Made by a program: the position numbers and the translations under genes | Source: Archangiaceae bacterium | Lineage (GTDB): Bacteria > Myxococcota > Myxococcia > Myxococcales > Myxococcaceae | Assembly (NCBI GenBank): GCA_043750125.1 | Contig: JAYVCD010000436.1 | Coordinates: 1 to 16,310, forward strand | Length of the DNA: 16,310 nt | Reading direction: 5' to 3' | Notes under the pieces: generated by a model | What the model was told of the DNA's origin: nothing | The model's input: the letters and a program-made list of their open reading frames with translations, nothing else | Databases searched by the model: none | In this document: piece after piece, positions 15,940 through 16,310 of the stretch | Layout of the letters: each line of letters opens with the position of its first letter | Numbering within the stretch: position 1 is the stretch's first letter

Positions 15940-16232
15940 TCTCGGCCGCCAGCTGCGCACTTTTTTTCAAGCGCATTTCAGTCGCAGTCGACAGCCGCCG
16001 TGCTCGACACAAAACTCCGCGCCGATCTTCCGGCGATGCCCCTTGTGCGGCCATGAAACCCAGCCAGCCCACCGCCGTCCCGAAGCAACCGGCGGGTGAG
16101 CGAGGTCCACTTTTGGGATGGGTGCAAGGGGGGCGTCGGTTTCGGGCAGCCCGAGAAGGCTCCGACGAGCGCAGTGCTGCGAGGGGCTGCTGGGTCTACG
16201 ACCCCGTGCTGAATCATTGATACGTTGCGGGA

Positions 16233-16310
16233 ATGCTGGCAGCGGCTGTTTCGATTCTTCTGGCAGGCGCCGGCTCTGATGGCAGGCAGACGCCCGAGGT
16301 TTTTCCGCTG
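16233..16310 (+). CDS. Possible 5' end of a gene running off the window
   Basis: ATG 16233 is open to the window edge: MLAAAVSILLAGAGSDGRQTPEVFPL, with a hydrophobic signal-like start. Only 26 codons are visible. Confidence 0.25.
   Translation, partial: MLAAAVSILLAGAGSDGRQTPEVFPL

Noticed and set aside
15978..16217. 79-aa minus-strand ORF upstream of recA
   Set aside because: No clear RBS, atypical codon usage and no motifs.

Overview
GC-rich chromosomal window, probably from a myxobacterium (Myxococcota). This is inferred from the RecA N-terminus, the deltaproteobacterial-type BirA box, the Myxococcus-type LexA box and the Gly/Cys-rich lipoprotein genes. In order it holds: the 5' part of a ComEC/Rec2-like metallo-beta-lactamase-fold gene (not in the ORF track); a divergent deoC / phospho-sugar mutase / beta-barrel operon; a REC response regulator; a divergent tetR / fatty-acid-hydroxylase pair with promoter and operator inside tetR; an ankyrin gene; a bioB-F-A-D operon with a BirA operator; a frameshifted Ig-repeat lipoprotein gene; two hypothetical genes with a second decayed lipoprotein gene between them; and recA with a LexA box plus a PafBC/RecA-NDp-like motif. 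I found no RNA genes, mobile elements or CRISPR arrays. The best leads are (i) DeoC with a microcompartment-encapsulation-peptide-like helix and a Cys-rich N-terminal module in a possible DNA/nucleoside scavenging cluster, (ii) a G8 tract whose +1 expansion would restore the frame of a surface lipoprotein, and (iii) apparent dual SOS and SOS-independent control of recA. All calls come from motif reading; no database searches were run.
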